64,000 nt of DNA from an uncultured Acidobacteriota bacterium (GCA_963721405.1 CAVRJA010000010.1:78393-142392), one strand, 5' to 3'; positions 21,079-33,330 are shown, numbered from the stretch's first letter. Numbers and translations are program-made. The notes: generated by a model from the sequence alone, not told the origin.

Positions 21079-23478
21079 TTACTTGGGGAAGTTCATCTTG
21101 TCCAGTAGCGCCTGGAAGCGCGGGTCGGCGCGGATGGGATCGAAATTCGGTTGCACTTTAAGCCAGCGCATCAAGTAGGAACGCTCCATATAACCAAGTT
21201 CCAATGCGGCAAGGGCCTCCTCTTTCCTTCCCATGCTGGCAAGAAGGTATGCCCTCAAGACTGGATCGACATACTTGCGCTTCGACAACTCCTGCAAATC
21301 GACTAGTATCTGTAATGCCTCACTCCGCTTGCCCGCTGTCGCATAAGCACTCCCGAGCATCGCGATATAACGTGGACTGTCTTTCTCAAGGGCCGCTGCC
21401 TTTTGATATTCTGCGACTGCATCGCCGAGAGTTGCTTTAACGCGATAAACCGACCCCAGATGGGCGTGCGCATAGGCAAAGCTCGGATTCAATTCCAACG
21501 TTGTGATTAGCTGTTTAGCTCCCTCCTCAAACTGGCGCGCCAAGAAATAATGGAATCCCAGTTGAGTATTTATGACGAGGGACATAGGCTCGAGTTCCAG
21601 CGCTCGCTTATATTCAAGCAGGCTTTCATCAAACCGTCCCATCGCATCCAGGTATATACCATACCAGTGGTGAGCCATCGCATAGTTTGGGTTGAGTTCA
21701 ATGGCGTGTTTGTGCCCTTTCTCCGCTTCATGCCAGTTCCAATCGTAAATGTCGGTTACAACCGCCAGCGAATTGTAAGCTTCAGCGAGATTCTCCTCCA
21801 GTTCGAGAGCCTTGAGTGCCGCCGCTTTAGCCTTGGGCAAGGAATCCCTGGATGAGAGATAGCTGCTGTTGGCGAGGCTGCTGTAACAATCGGCCAGCCC
21901 GACGTATGCCAACGCATAGCCTGGGTCCCTATCGATGGCCTGATTGAAAAACTGAATGCCTTTCTTGAACGATTCTTCCGTCCTTCTGTTCCACGAATAG
22001 AGACCCTTCAGGTAAAGCTGATACGCCTCGGCATTTTCGGTGGGGCGTTTGGTCAGGAGCTTTTGCTCTTGGCCCGTCAGCCGCAATCGCAGCTTATCCG
22101 AAATTTCCGTGGTGATTTCCTCCTGCACGGTCTGAATGTCTTCGAGCTTGCGATTGTACTGAGCTCCCCAGAGCGTAGATTCTTTTTCTGTATCTACCAG
22201 TTCGATCTGGACGTTCAGACTGTCGCCCCGCTGTTCGATTCTCCCCATGAGTATCGAACGGACCTTGAGATCCTTTCCTGCCTTTTGGGCATCTACATCC
22301 TTCTTTCCTTTGTAGCGAAATGCCGTGCTGCTCGGCACTACTCTCAGATTGGGCAATTGTGCAAGGCTGTTGATCAGGCGCTCGGAAATACCGTCGCTGA
22401 GGTACTCGTTGCCGGGATCGCCGCTCATATTCACAAATGGCAAGACAGCGATTGAATCGATTCTCTCATCCCTACTGGCGAGATACCAGTAGAGGGCTGC
22501 TCCCATAACGACGAAAATGACGAGCGCAAGTGACGCGTAGAGTGCCTGGCGGCGAGATAGCAAGGGGTGTCTTGCTGCCGTAGCCTCCGCCGCCGTGATA
22601 GTGAACTTGCCCGATTCTGAATCGCGTTTCAGACGCATGAGATCGGCACGCATATCGGATGCGTTTTGGTAGCGGAGCTTTCGGTCTTTCTCCAGCGCCT
22701 TATGGATTATCCGCTCCAGCTCGCCGGGGAGATCGGGATTCAACCGAATCGGAGCTAACGGAGCTTTGCTGAGAATGGCGTTGAACACGATACCAGCTGT
22801 GGTTCCCTCGAAAGGCCGTTTCTGCGTCGCCATTTCATACAGGACCACTCCCAGCGAGAATAGGTCGGTCCTTATATCCAGCGTCTCGCCTCGGACTTGC
22901 TCGGGTGACATGTAAGCGACCGTCCCGACTGCCGTCCCTGGACTGGTCAGCCTCGCTTCTATCGTCTGCGTTGGTGCCGCCGAATCGGAGTTCTCCTTTC
23001 CATCACTGAGCTTGGCCAACCCGAAATCAAGAATCTTGGCATGACCTCGCTTCGTTTCGAAGATATTAGCAGGCTTAATGTCGCGGTGAACGATCCCTTC
23101 CGCGTGTGCGGCATCGAGGCCCTCTGCAATCTGAATTGCCAGATCCAGGATCTCGTCCGTACCAAGCGGCTTGCCCTGGATTCGATCCTTCAGGGTCTGG
23201 CCGTCAAGGTACTCCATCGCAATAAAGTGATGGCCTTGATGCTGGTTGATCTCATGGATGGTGCAGATGTTGGGGTGATTGAGTGCGGATGCTGACTTTG
23301 CTTCCCGTTGAAATCGCTCCAGTGCCTGACGATCCTGGGATACAGCTTCAGGGAGGAACTTTAGGGCGACAAAACGGCCCAGGGAGGTATCCTCCGCCTT
23401 GTAAACGACACCCATCCCTCCGCCGCCAAGTTTCTCAATGATCCGGTAATGCGAAACCGTTTGGCCGATCTCGGGCAT
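21079..23478 (-). CDS. Ser/Thr protein kinase with TM, TolB-like and TPR domains
   Basis: [36 protein letters not shown], TPRs. Confidence 0.93.
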   Translation of the reverse strand: MPEIGQTVSHYRIIEKLGGGGMGVVYKAEDTSLGRFVALKFLPEAVSQDRQALERFQREAKSASALNHPNICTIHEINQHQGHHFIAMEYLDGQTLKDRIQGKPLGTDEILDLAIQIAEGLDAAHAEGIVHRDIKPANIFETKRGHAKILDFGLAKLSDGKENSDSAAPTQTIEARLTSPGTAVGTVAYMSPEQVRGETLDIRTDLFSLGVVLYEMATQKRPFEGTTAGIVFNAILSKAPLAPIRLNPDLPGELERIIHKALEKDRKLRYQNASDMRADLMRLKRDSESGKFTITAAEATAARHPLLSRRQALYASLALVIFVVMGAALYWYLASRDERIDSIAVLPFVNMSGDPGNEYLSDGISERLINSLAQLPNLRVVPSSTAFRYKGKKDVDAQKAGKDLKVRSILMGRIEQRGDSLNVQIELVDTEKESTLWGAQYNRKLEDIQTVQEEITTEISDKLRLRLTGQEQKLLTKRPTENAEAYQLYLKGLYSWNRRTEESFKKGIQFFNQAIDRDPGYALAYVGLADCYSSLANSSYLSSRDSLPKAKAAALKALELEENLAEAYNSLAVVTDIYDWNWHEAEKGHKHAIELNPNYAMAHHWYGIYLDAMGRFDESLLEYKRALELEPMSLVINTQLGFHYFLARQFEEGAKQLITTLELNPSFAYAHAHLGSVYRVKATLGDAVAEYQKAAALEKDSPRYIAMLGSAYATAGKRSEALQILVDLQELSKRKYVDPVLRAYLLASMGRKEEALAALELGYMERSYLMRWLKVQPNFDPIRADPRFQALLDKMNFPK

Positions 23479-23964
23479 GGGGGCCTTCCGTACGGCAAAA
23501 CTGGTGCGCTGCTGGAAAGTGCGGCCATTATAACGGGAAACGGCTTTTCCCAGAAAGGAAAAGGGTTGCCGCCCTGTCATAAAGGCAGCGGAAGGAACGG
23601 ATCAGACTGGGCAATCATGGACGCGCATTGGCCCGTGTCTTCCGCTGAGGCTGAAATCGGGCATCAATGCAATAGTCGCCCGTTTTCCACTGCTGTCAGT
23701 GACTCCCCCAGCAACGGCCTGTTCATCAGGAGAAGCAGCGCTATGAAACCGAGTGCGAACCGCGCGAAGGCCAACGTTGGACTCTTGCACCTCGTGCGCG
23801 GTCGATATGCAAAAACTGATAGTGGTCTGTATCGTGCGACCTCCATCAATCGCGGCGGCGATGGCAGTGCAACCGGCAAATTGATGCGACAGGAATCGTG
23901 AGCAGGCATACTGCAAGAGTAAAATGGAGATGTGCAGCATTCTTTTTGACGGTTGGTCGCGTCA

Positions 23965-24675
23965 ATGACCTGGAAAAAGTCAGTGCTCGAGCCCGAGATG
24001 GTCGAGATACCAGCGGGGAACTTCCTCATGGGTTGTGATGTCGGGGCGGAAAACGAGCGCCCGCTGCACCGCGTCTGGGTGGGCAGCTTTGCCATCGCTC
24101 GCACCGCGACCACAAATCGCCTCTATCGAGATTTTCTCGACCAGACACGCCGCCAGATGCCACCCGGCTGGGACGACGAGCTGTTCAATCATCCGGATCA
24201 GCCGGTGACGGGCGTGAGTTGGTTCGACGCCGCTGAATATTGCAGCTGGCTCCGGGCCTGCACGGGCAGGTCTTATCGGCTGCCGACTGAAGCCGAATGG
24301 GAACGAGCCGCACGCGGCGGGATGGAAGGCAAATTGTATCCCTGGGGCGACGAGCCTCCTGAGAGGCAGCCTCATTACTCGGAGTTGTGGCGCAGCGGTC
24401 CCGAGCGAGTCGGCCGGCGCCCGCCAAACGGTTTTAGTCTTTGCGACATCTCAGAAAACATTCATGAGTGGTGCGCAGACTGGTTCGACGCGAAATACTA
24501 TGAAGTCTCGCCGGAGCATGATCCCCTCGGTCCGGTTTCCGGCACCCGTCGCTCCTCGCGCGGCGGGGCGTGGCGCCATCAGGTGAAGGTCGCTCGGGTT
24601 GCGGCGCGCAGCAGTCTGCCACCACAGTTCCAGTACAATGATTTCGGATTTCGTTGCGCCTTTAGCACGGCATAA
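23965..24675 (+). CDS. Formylglycine-generating enzyme (SUMF1) family protein
   Basis: PVTGVSWFDA, RLPTEAEWERAARGG, YPWG, GFRC. Confidence 0.88.
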   Translation: MTWKKSVLEPEMVEIPAGNFLMGCDVGAENERPLHRVWVGSFAIARTATTNRLYRDFLDQTRRQMPPGWDDELFNHPDQPVTGVSWFDAAEYCSWLRACTGRSYRLPTEAEWERAARGGMEGKLYPWGDEPPERQPHYSELWRSGPERVGRRPPNGFSLCDISENIHEWCADWFDAKYYEVSPEHDPLGPVSGTRRSSRGGAWRHQVKVARVAARSSLPPQFQYNDFGFRCAFSTA

Positions 24676-24806
24676 GCGATCTCCTGCTTGTCTGGTTGTT
24701 TCAGCACGCTACTATTTGTAGTGCGGGTGCGTCTGCTGTGCCCCGTCGGATCCGAAGAATTGCACCGGTTTCAGCGTCAATTTGCGACCGGCTCGGAGAT
24801 TGTGTC

Positions 24807-25361
24807 ATGAAAGCACAACGAAAGATCATCGTTTACATCGCGACAAGCGCCGACGGCTACATCGCCAGGCCAGACGGCGATGTCGAATGGCTAAATCGCC
24901 GGCCGCGCACCGTCGATTATGGCATGAAGGCGTTCTACCCGACGATTGACACCATCCTGTGGGGACGCAAGACCTACGACTGGGCTCTGGCCTATTACAA
25001 GAAGAAGGGTACGAAACGCGGGGTGTTCGACACAGATCTTGCCAACTACGTGTTCTCGTGGAAGCCTCCGAAACGGGCGGTGCCAGGAGTGGAATTCGTG
25101 TCGGATCCGGTGAAGGCATTTGCGCAGCGTCTGCGCACCACGCCGGGCAAACACATCTGGCTGATGGGCGGCGGCGAGCTGATCGCCTCGTTCCTTGATG
25201 CCAACGAGATAGACGAGTTCGACATCCACGTCATTCCCAACTTCATCGGTGAGGGCATTCCATTGATGGCCCCGCGCCATCGGGACGTGCCGCTGCGCCT
25301 GCGTTCGGCCAGGAAGTACCCCGACGGCGTCGTCCGACTGCACTACGACGTCGCAAGGTAG
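24807..25361 (+). CDS. Dihydrofolate reductase-like (RibD C-terminal) protein
   Basis: IATSADGYIA, GRKTYD, IWLMGGG, GEGIPL. Confidence 0.88.
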   Translation: MKAQRKIIVYIATSADGYIARPDGDVEWLNRRPRTVDYGMKAFYPTIDTILWGRKTYDWALAYYKKKGTKRGVFDTDLANYVFSWKPPKRAVPGVEFVSDPVKAFAQRLRTTPGKHIWLMGGGELIASFLDANEIDEFDIHVIPNFIGEGIPLMAPRHRDVPLRLRSARKYPDGVVRLHYDVAR

Positions 25362-25625
25362 CTCCTGAAAACGCTAATCGCAACGTGTCGCGGTCTGCTG
25401 AAACAACCGGATAAGCAGAAGCGATCTAACTCGGCAACAGGTGCCGTGTTGTCTTCCATCTTCTTTTTGATCTCCACACCGATATTCCCATCCGGCTTTC
25501 CCATCTATCGCCAGGCTCGCCGAGTACGAACCTGAGGACCCGGGAGGAGGCCTGGCGGGCGGAGGCCTCGGCGCGGAACTCGACCGGAAACGCGGCTCGT
25601 CCCCCCTAATCGTAAGGATTGACAG

Positions 25626-26549
25626 ATGTCCGGTAAAGAGGCAAAAATGAAATTGTGGATGGCATCGACAATAATTGCCATGATTGCGGTCGGCATTGCG
25701 GCCGCCGTGCCAGTCGAGAGGCGAGGGAAAGAGATCATGACGGTGCAAATCGAACGAAAGACATGCTTGGCGCCCGACGGGGTGGAGATCGTTTATTCGG
25801 CCGCCGGGGCCGGTGAAACCACCCTGCTCTTTATCCATGGCGGCCTGGCCGACCGGACGTTTTATGACGGACAAGTCAGAACTTTCGCCGACAGGTACCG
25901 GGTAATAGCCCTGGACCTTGCTGGGCACGGGGAGTCGGGCAGTAACCGGACAAGATGGGGAATTCCGGAATTCGGCGCAGATGTCAAAGCCGTCGCTGCC
26001 GCCGAAAAACTGAGAAGTATCGTTCTACTCGGCAACTCGGTCGGCGGTCCTGTTGCCGTCGAGGCGGCCCTCCTGCTTTCTGGCCAGGTCATCGGTGTCG
26101 TGGGCATAGACACTTTCCAAAATCTGGATTTCAGTTACTCATCGGTGGATGCGCGCAAGAGGGCTGACGGATTTCGCATCGATTATTCCGGCTGTGTGAA
26201 GGCGATGGTGAAAGCCCTTTTCCATCCGGATGCCGACCCGGTTCTAATGGCTGAAGCCGAGAGACGTATGCAGAAGACCACGCCGGATACGGCCTTCGCC
26301 TTGTTCCTGTCCTTTGCCGGATACGACCAGGCGGCCGCAGCGCGGAGGCTGACAGTCCCATTACGGGCGATCAACGGGGATCTATTTCCGACCGATGTCC
26401 CATCGGTCAGGAGGATTCAAGCTGACTTCGACGCAATCATTATGAAACACATGGGACATTATCCCATGCTGGAGCGCCCGGATGAGTTTGACCGCAATGT
26501 AGAGGACGTCGTGTTGGACCTCGCTCGCAAACCTCAAGAAAGGCCATGA
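25626..26549 (+). CDS. Alpha/beta hydrolase
   Basis: FIHGG, DLAGHGES, GNSVGG nucleophile, GHYPMLE. Confidence 0.88.
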   Translation: MSGKEAKMKLWMASTIIAMIAVGIAAAVPVERRGKEIMTVQIERKTCLAPDGVEIVYSAAGAGETTLLFIHGGLADRTFYDGQVRTFADRYRVIALDLAGHGESGSNRTRWGIPEFGADVKAVAAAEKLRSIVLLGNSVGGPVAVEAALLLSGQVIGVVGIDTFQNLDFSYSSVDARKRADGFRIDYSGCVKAMVKALFHPDADPVLMAEAERRMQKTTPDTAFALFLSFAGYDQAAAARRLTVPLRAINGDLFPTDVPSVRRIQADFDAIIMKHMGHYPMLERPDEFDRNVEDVVLDLARKPQERP

Positions 26550-26890
26550 CTAGGACAACGGGACATCTATTTCGCCGTCCCTTTCCCGGGGTAAAATCCT
26601 GCCAGAGCAGACCATAGCTGTGATTTAGAGAGGCCGGGAGCTTAACATGATCCTTCGAGCACGAACCTGGGGACCCGTGAGGAGGGCACAGGATCGGACG
26701 CAAATCGTCCTCTCTATTTGCCGAGCGGACTGCTGACATGTCGCAGAAAATGAACTGCCGGGCGGGAGATCTGCCAGTGCTCCATCGAAAGAGGTGACAT
26801 CTGCTCCCGCCGATAGTCGGACTCGCCCTGCCGTCAGACGGTGATAAGCCGAAAACGCTCCCTACCACGAACCGATTTCCCGCATACCTT

Positions 26891-27100
26891 GTGCTGATTC
26901 TCGTCGTCATTTTCGGCGGAGGATCCCTGTTGCTTTTTAGCGCTTTCCTCGTTCTCGGGTCCTTCGGAGTCATTCGCTGGAACGTCCCGGAGTATCAAAT
27001 TCTGGTGTGGGACGGGTGCCTCTGCCTGCTGTTCTTTCTCCAGCACAGCGGGATGATCCGGCGTTCCTTTCACGCCTGGATTGGCAGGCTGGTCCCTTCA
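26891..27100 (+). pseudogene. N-terminal remnant of a membrane methyltransferase (NnrU/MddA-like)
   Basis: TM segments then LLFFLQHSGMIRRSF; similarity is lost where the opposite-strand lower-GC gene region begins. Confidence 0.5.
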
Positions 27101-27291
27101 TGGCACCCACTGTCGTTGAATTCACTGAAGTCTGGTATAACATCTGGCCTTTGCTGCCTCATGAAATTCCAGTTATTCACACCTTCCCGCAGCATTTCCA
27201 CGTGTCTTGGATCTGCCATATTGCCCCTGAAAGTAGCGTCCACCTGCTTATTTTGTAGTGTAACCGTTCGCTTGTATCACAAACACCCCCG

Positions 27292-27960
27292 TTACCAGCC
27301 TTTTGGAAGCGTGATCTCATACCGATTCCGTTTGTCGAACAAAACAAATCCGTTTAAATTTCCAGCTTTTTCATTCAACCACTTGGCGATTTGTTCCCTG
27401 TGTGATTGTCTTTCTTCCTTCGTTGCGTCTTCCTTGATGCGGTTGGGGAATGAGTAATCCCAAGTCATCGTAACCGCGAGTCTTTGCTTGGCAGCCAGAA
27501 ACAAGGGCAAATACTCCAGCCTTGAAGCACTAGCGGTACTTGGTAATAGACTGCTAGGGTCTGTCAATCTAACCATCAATTCACAATCGGTCGCACTGGT
27601 AAGTTCGTAATCGGTGTCGGTGCGATTCTCAAGGATGTAGCAAAAGCGGACAGTGTTTTCTTCGCCCTCTGTGTCGAGTTGATCAAAGGTGGCGATGATG
27701 GCTGATTTGTTCCACGGTTTTGGTCGAGATTGATACCAGAGAATTCCACCTATGATGAGGGAAATGCCGATCACCGCACCAAACCCTATTGAGAATCCCC
27801 AAAGAAAAACTCTCTCCGACCGCAGCGGCTTGTTCTCACTCTGAAGATTATCCATGAGCACCTCGTGCTGTTTGTCCATGTCATGGAGTGACGACGAATT
27901 TTCCGGGTTCACTGTTTCTTCGATTCCATGTAGATCTGACAAGGGAATCAAATTCATCAC
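27292..27960 (-). CDS. Hypothetical single-pass membrane protein
   Basis: Lower-GC ORF with one TM helix followed by WYQSRPKPWN. Confidence 0.6.
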   Translation of the reverse strand: MMNLIPLSDLHGIEETVNPENSSSLHDMDKQHEVLMDNLQSENKPLRSERVFLWGFSIGFGAVIGISLIIGGILWYQSRPKPWNKSAIIATFDQLDTEGEENTVRFCYILENRTDTDYELTSATDCELMVRLTDPSSLLPSTASASRLEYLPLFLAAKQRLAVTMTWDYSFPNRIKEDATKEERQSHREQIAKWLNEKAGNLNGFVLFDKRNRYEITLPKGW

Positions 27961-28205
27961 TCGATGTGCAAATCTATTTCTCTCCCGATGGCAATAGACC
28001 AGCCCACCCTAAATGAGTTCATGGTGCGACCTCGAATCCTGTGCTAGGGATTGCCCAACGCCACGAGGTTACGCTCGCATGGAAGAGGCAATCATGAAAA
28101 GACTTGGCCTTGAGAAGCCCCAGGACGAACAATCTCGACCGGGGCCATACCATACCCCGTTTTAGCCGTCGGCGGCGATAATGTACGTTTTTGTAAACAT
28201 CCCCC

Positions 28206-28409
28206 TCAGTCCGTGGACCCGCCGGTCCAATCGTGCGTCGGGTCTGGGTAAAAAAACAGAGTGGGCTGATCCGCTTTCAGCAATATAAACCAACCTCCCG
28301 GTACTTGGGCGCGGAAAACCCCCTCATTCAAGGGGCTTGGGCTAGCGTCCGTTCCACGGCGCTCAAAGGTGCTTAGTTGTTCAAAGACAAGGCGCTTTCT
28401 TGATGGCAT
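28206..28409 (-). CDS. Small hypothetical protein
   Basis: GAGG RBS; RAQVPGGW...FYPDPTHDW. Confidence 0.6.
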   Translation of the reverse strand: MPSRKRLVFEQLSTFERRGTDASPSPLNEGVFRAQVPGGWFILLKADQPTLFFYPDPTHDWTGGSTD

Positions 28410-28800
28410 CTTATGAACCTCATTCCATTGAGTTCATTCCCCGTTTTCCATGTCTGCAATGCTCCATGGTCGGAATGGACCGATCATAACTCTGCCATCT
28501 TGGAAATTCTTTGAAAAAAACCGCCCCTCGCGAAATAGTTCCTCTGCAGGGAGGCTGAGATAGTTGCGCGCTTGTTGCGGATCTGGCCAAACCGGCGAGC
28601 GCGGTGCGTGCTGCAAATGATTAGGTTGGGCGCATCTCGAGTACGGGACAAGTATTTCGCTATCTGATTTCGTACCACCTAATTATAATAGGCGCCATTC
28701 CCGTTGAGCTTTCTGATCCAGTTGGTGGGTTGCCATACTGCAGGCCGAACGCACGAAAACGGCAGATCACGCTTTTAAACAGCCACCGCTGCTGGCAAAC

Positions 28801-28992
28801 ATGAAAAGCGGCGCGGCCAAAACTGCATCCGCCGCGGCAGGAGAGATGAGAGTACTCATCCTGAGCGATACGGCTATCGTGCATGGCTTGTGGATGGAGA
28901 AAAGCTCTTACAACGGCAAGGTCACGAGCGGCACCTACCGCTATGCCGACACCTTCATGAAACGCGGTGGGCGCCGGCAGGCTGTGTACTAG
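28801..28992 (+). pseudogene. NTF2-like (DUF4440-type) fragment
   Basis: VLILSDTAIVHG...SGTYRYADTFMKRGG; truncated. Confidence 0.5.
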
Positions 28993-29196
28993 TCAACAAG
29001 GGGTTGTGAGCTCAGCTCAGTACCGATTCTATGTGTACCGGGGACGATATGCCATTTTGCGAGTTGCATAACACGAGCAGATTCGATCGGCTGAGGCAAA
29101 GCAGTTGAGAGCCCCGGTTTCCCGGTGGAAGGTTCTAAACAGGCGTTACCGTGTCACGACCGGCCCGGCGTCGCGCCTTCGTCAAGAGGAGACATA

Positions 29197-30768
29197 ATGG
29201 CGGAACAACAGGCACAGAACGAAATGTCGCGCCGCGGTTTCATCGGCAGGAGCGCCGCCGCGATGACGGGACTCTCGCTTTCACCCTTGCTCATGGAGAT
29301 GCTGCTGACGGCCACGGGATGCCGCTCGGCAGGACAAAAGGCGGTCTCCGACCTGATCCTCCCTGAGGATGTCCTCAATCAAGCCGTCCGGCGCTTGATG
29401 GGCAAGGGCGCCGATTTTGCCGACGTCTACGTAGAGCGGGCGGCGTTCGGAACGATCCAGGACGATGACAAGAAGATCAACACGACCACGCTCATTGAAA
29501 AGGGGGTGGGCTTGAGGGCGGTGAAGGGCGGCAGGACCTACTATGCCTACACCGCCAGCTTCGAGCCCGGCGAGGTCTACAAGACGGCGGACTACGTCGC
29601 CGCCGCCGCCGCGCAGGGAGGACCGGCCGCCGCGGGCGCGGCCATCACGCTGACGCAGGCGACCTCCCAGTTGACCTTCCCCATCACTCCCCTTCCCGCC
29701 GACGTAGCCGTCACGAAGCGCATCGAACAGGTCAAGACGCTGTCTGACCGCGCCTGGTCGGCGGACCCGCGCATTGTCCAGGTGATGGAGATGCTGCGGG
29801 AGATCGTCCGGCAGGTGAACATCGCCTCGTCGGACGGGCCCATCGTCAACCACATGCTGGGCCTGACGGAGTTCCTGGCGATAAGCTACGGGAAAGACAG
29901 TAAGGGCCGGATGCAGAGCGCGTGGGACGGCCGTGCGGCGTACGCCGGATCAGACTTCTTCACGGGTGCCAACTCGTTCGAATCAGTGATCGATTCGCTC
30001 GCCCGGAAACTGAAGAACCTCTTCGAGGCTGTCGATTCGCCGCGCGGACGGTTCCCGGTGGTCCTGGCTGCGGGTGTGCCGGGCGTCATCTTCCACGAAT
30101 CGTGCGGTCACGGGATGGAAGCCGACCTCGTCTTCAAAGGCTCGAATTTCAAGGGCCAGCTCGGCAAACAGACCGCAGCCAAGGGCGTCACGCTTGTCGA
30201 CGACGGGACGTTGCCGTCAATGCCGGGATCGTTTGCGTTCGACGATGAGGGCACGCCCTCCGAGCGGACCGTCCTTATCGAGGACGGCATCCAGAAGAAC
30301 TACCTCTGCGACAAGGTCTGGGGTAAGAAGCTCGGCTTGAAGTCGACGGGCAGCGGCCGGCGTCAGTCGTTCCGCTATCCGCCCATTCCGCGCATGAGGA
30401 ACACCTTCATCGAGAAGGGTAGGGTGCCGCCGCAGGACATCGTTGCGGCCACTAAGCGCGGCATCTACGTGGCCGATGCGGGTGGCGGCGGCCAGGTGGA
30501 TGTCATCACCGGCAACTTCATGATGGGCGTCGGTGAGGGCTACCTGATTGAAAACGGGAAGATCACGCGGCCGATCAAGGGAGCGTCGCTCTCCGGGCTC
30601 GGCATCGAAGCGCTCAAGTCCATCGACATGGTAGGCAATGACCTGAAGATCGACCCGAGCCCAGGGCGGTGCGGCAAGGGGCAGACGGCTCCGGTCGGAG
30701 CAGGGATGCCGACCGTGCGCGTGCGCGGGATCCTGGTAGGCGGCTCGGGCGAGAGCTGGGAAGGTTAA
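29197..30768 (+). CDS. tldD: TldD metalloprotease with N-terminal twin-arginine signal
   Basis: FHESCGHGMEAD, FDDEGTP, PRMRNT, CGKGQ; SRRGFIG at the N-terminus. Confidence 0.9.
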   Translation: MAEQQAQNEMSRRGFIGRSAAAMTGLSLSPLLMEMLLTATGCRSAGQKAVSDLILPEDVLNQAVRRLMGKGADFADVYVERAAFGTIQDDDKKINTTTLIEKGVGLRAVKGGRTYYAYTASFEPGEVYKTADYVAAAAAQGGPAAAGAAITLTQATSQLTFPITPLPADVAVTKRIEQVKTLSDRAWSADPRIVQVMEMLREIVRQVNIASSDGPIVNHMLGLTEFLAISYGKDSKGRMQSAWDGRAAYAGSDFFTGANSFESVIDSLARKLKNLFEAVDSPRGRFPVVLAAGVPGVIFHESCGHGMEADLVFKGSNFKGQLGKQTAAKGVTLVDDGTLPSMPGSFAFDDEGTPSERTVLIEDGIQKNYLCDKVWGKKLGLKSTGSGRRQSFRYPPIPRMRNTFIEKGRVPPQDIVAATKRGIYVADAGGGGQVDVITGNFMMGVGEGYLIENGKITRPIKGASLSGLGIEALKSIDMVGNDLKIDPSPGRCGKGQTAPVGAGMPTVRVRGILVGGSGESWEG

Positions 30769-30780
30769 GGGGAGGATGCC

Positions 30781-32166
30781 ATGAATGAGAAGAAGGAATA
30801 TCTGGACCTTGCACGCTCGGCCGTCGAGCTGGCAAAGCAGGCGGGAGCAGGCAGCGCAGAAGCCCTGATCGTCGACAGCGAGTCTGTCCAGATCAGTGTC
30901 AGCAGCAAACAGGTCGAGCAGTTCAACGCAGTCCGGGATGCCGGGATCGGCTTGCGGATTCTGAAGGATCAGAAGATGGCCTTCGGATCTTCCAACGATC
31001 TGTCGCTGGATTCGGTGAAAAAGCTGGTCACGGACCTCGTGGCCAAGGTGGCGTTTCACACGCCCGACGAATTCAATGTGCTGGCTGAAACCGGCGCCGG
31101 AGGCGGGCCGGCACCGTGGAACACGCAGGCCGATGTCATCACCTATGATCCCCGAATGGCCGACGCCCCAGTCCAGGACAAGATTCGCAAAGCGATCCGT
31201 CTCGAGACGTCGGGCCTCGAGTTCAGTCCGAAGGTGAAAGGCGCCATGTTGGCGGACTACCAGGACAACACCACGTTCGTCTACCTCGCCAACTCCAACG
31301 AAGTATCAGGGTGGTACCCATCGTCGAGCTGCGCGGGAGGGGTGGAGTTCTCGGCCGCGGAGGGCGCCGATCAGCAGTCCGGCCAGCACTACAAGGTGGT
31401 GACGCGTTACGACGATCTCAACCCGGACGAAATTGGCCGGACGGCGGCCGGGAACGCTGTGGAGATGCTCGGCGCCAAACCGATCGCCTCGACTCAAGTT
31501 CCGCTGATCATCACGCCGGAGGTGGGAACCCAGTTGCTGTCATTCGTGGTGGGCCTCCTTTCGGCCGACGATGTACAGAAAGGCCGTTCGAAGTTTGCCG
31601 GGAAGATCGGCAGCCAGGTGGCCGCGTCGCGCATGACGCTGATTGATGACGGCCGGTACAGGGGCGGCGTCTCGACGGCGCCCGTCGATGGCGAGGGTGC
31701 CCCGACGCAGACCACTCCTCTGATTGTCGACGGCGTGTTGAAGAGCTTCCTGTATGACAGTTACACCGCCAAGAAGGGCAAAACGAAATCCACGGGAAAC
31801 CGCGTGCGCGGCGGCTATCAGTCTGCCGGAAGCGTCGGCCCAACCAATCTCTACCTGAAGTCAGGCGACGCAAAGCCGGAGGCAATGCTCACAGGAATTA
31901 CACGGGGGTTTCTGTTGAAAGTCGCCTTCGGCATGTTTGCCGCGATCGATGCCGCGTCGGGGGATTTCTCCTTCCCTGCCGCCGGCTTCATGATCGAAAA
32001 GGGCCGTACCACATATCCTGTCCGGGGGATCAGCATTGCCGGCAATCTCTTCGAGTTGCTCAAGGCGGTGGACCAGGTTGGCAACGACCTGACCTGGTTT
32101 AACAACGTGGGATGCCCGACACTGTTGATCAAAAGCATCAAAATCGGAGGGAGCGGAAAGCGCTAG
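30781..32166 (+). CDS. pmbA: PmbA/TldE protein
   Basis: DGEG, SGDFS, IAGNL; no HExxxH; 12 bp after tldD. Confidence 0.88.
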   Translation: MNEKKEYLDLARSAVELAKQAGAGSAEALIVDSESVQISVSSKQVEQFNAVRDAGIGLRILKDQKMAFGSSNDLSLDSVKKLVTDLVAKVAFHTPDEFNVLAETGAGGGPAPWNTQADVITYDPRMADAPVQDKIRKAIRLETSGLEFSPKVKGAMLADYQDNTTFVYLANSNEVSGWYPSSSCAGGVEFSAAEGADQQSGQHYKVVTRYDDLNPDEIGRTAAGNAVEMLGAKPIASTQVPLIITPEVGTQLLSFVVGLLSADDVQKGRSKFAGKIGSQVAASRMTLIDDGRYRGGVSTAPVDGEGAPTQTTPLIVDGVLKSFLYDSYTAKKGKTKSTGNRVRGGYQSAGSVGPTNLYLKSGDAKPEAMLTGITRGFLLKVAFGMFAAIDAASGDFSFPAAGFMIEKGRTTYPVRGISIAGNLFELLKAVDQVGNDLTWFNNVGCPTLLIKSIKIGGSGKR

Positions 32167-33020
32167 TGAAGTATTGGCGCCTGCTTGATGCTGTGCCTCG
32201 CTCAAGTTATTCGGACATCGGGGCTTGGCGGATCTGGAGATGCTGAGGACAGTATAATCAGGAAGTGTGGGAAAAGTGCTGAAGGGCGGCTTGTCGTTCG
32301 CCAAAACTTCTGCCGATGGGTTTGACGGTGTCTGATTTTTTCCCGCCATTTGCGCGGCTTTTGCTTACCTCCGTAATTCATCATAAACTGAGGGCGCGAA
32401 GCGGTCTCGTCCGAAATCTGGGGAGGATGTGACTGGAAGATGGAGGAAGCAACTGCATGGGACCGGCGAATGTGGAAATCGTGAAATGCCGTTCTTGGGC
32501 GACAGGCGCTAATCCGCACGCCTTTCATATCTATAAGGAAATCAAATGCAATGGCCGGATCTCGTTCGTCCGCTCGATGGGGATGTACCAACTCTCTGAC
32601 CGCCCGCCAAGGTCTCTGATCCAATTTCGCAACACGAACACGTGTCAGCCCCGCGGCGAGCAGCTCGACAAACTCGGAACTCCATAGGATCCGCCGCACC
32701 TTCACAGGCCTGACCTCGGATATGCCGTACAGCTTTGCGACGTGTTGCTTAGTTAGGCTGCGCCCAGAGCTGCTCGGCCAGGCCGGAGCGTCAGGCGCTC
32801 CTGTTTCGCCTTGCGCACGCAAATGAGCGCCGATTTGCAGGAGTAGTTCGTAGACGGCTTTTCAGGACGATATCGAGCGGGGATTCTGTTGCAGGTCGAG
32901 CCGGTAGCCGACACGCAGCAGGACCAGCATGAGCGAATGCTGGCCCGTTTTGACCGCGATCTGCAGCGCAGTCGGCGGCTGGCGACCCTTGGTGGACTCC
33001 TATGCTATAAATCCAAACTC

Positions 33021-33330
33021 ATGATTCCATTTTGCATCAGCTTCCTCGCCTGCCTCAGCACATTCTTCCGTTCCCGCTACAACCTCAGCCTCGAGATCCT
33101 CGCCCTCCGTCAGCAGCTGGGCGTGCTCCAGAGGAAACAGCCTCGCTCTCGGCTGCGAATCCAGGATCGAATGTTTTGGATTCTGCTTATCAGGCGGACC
33201 GAATTCATGACTCTCTTGAAAATGATTCACCGGCGATGCGTCCTGATTCGTCCAAGCCGGATCAATCCTCGTGTTTGGCTTCTTTCCCTCGCATCGGTAG
33301 CCTGCATCACCGATACGATTGACAGCAGGC
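33021..33330 (+). pseudogene. Internally deleted rve-type IS transposase remnant
   Basis: N-terminal LEILALRQQLGVLQRK..DRMFW joined within about 100 bp to the C-terminal PRIGSLHHRYD. Confidence 0.65.
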
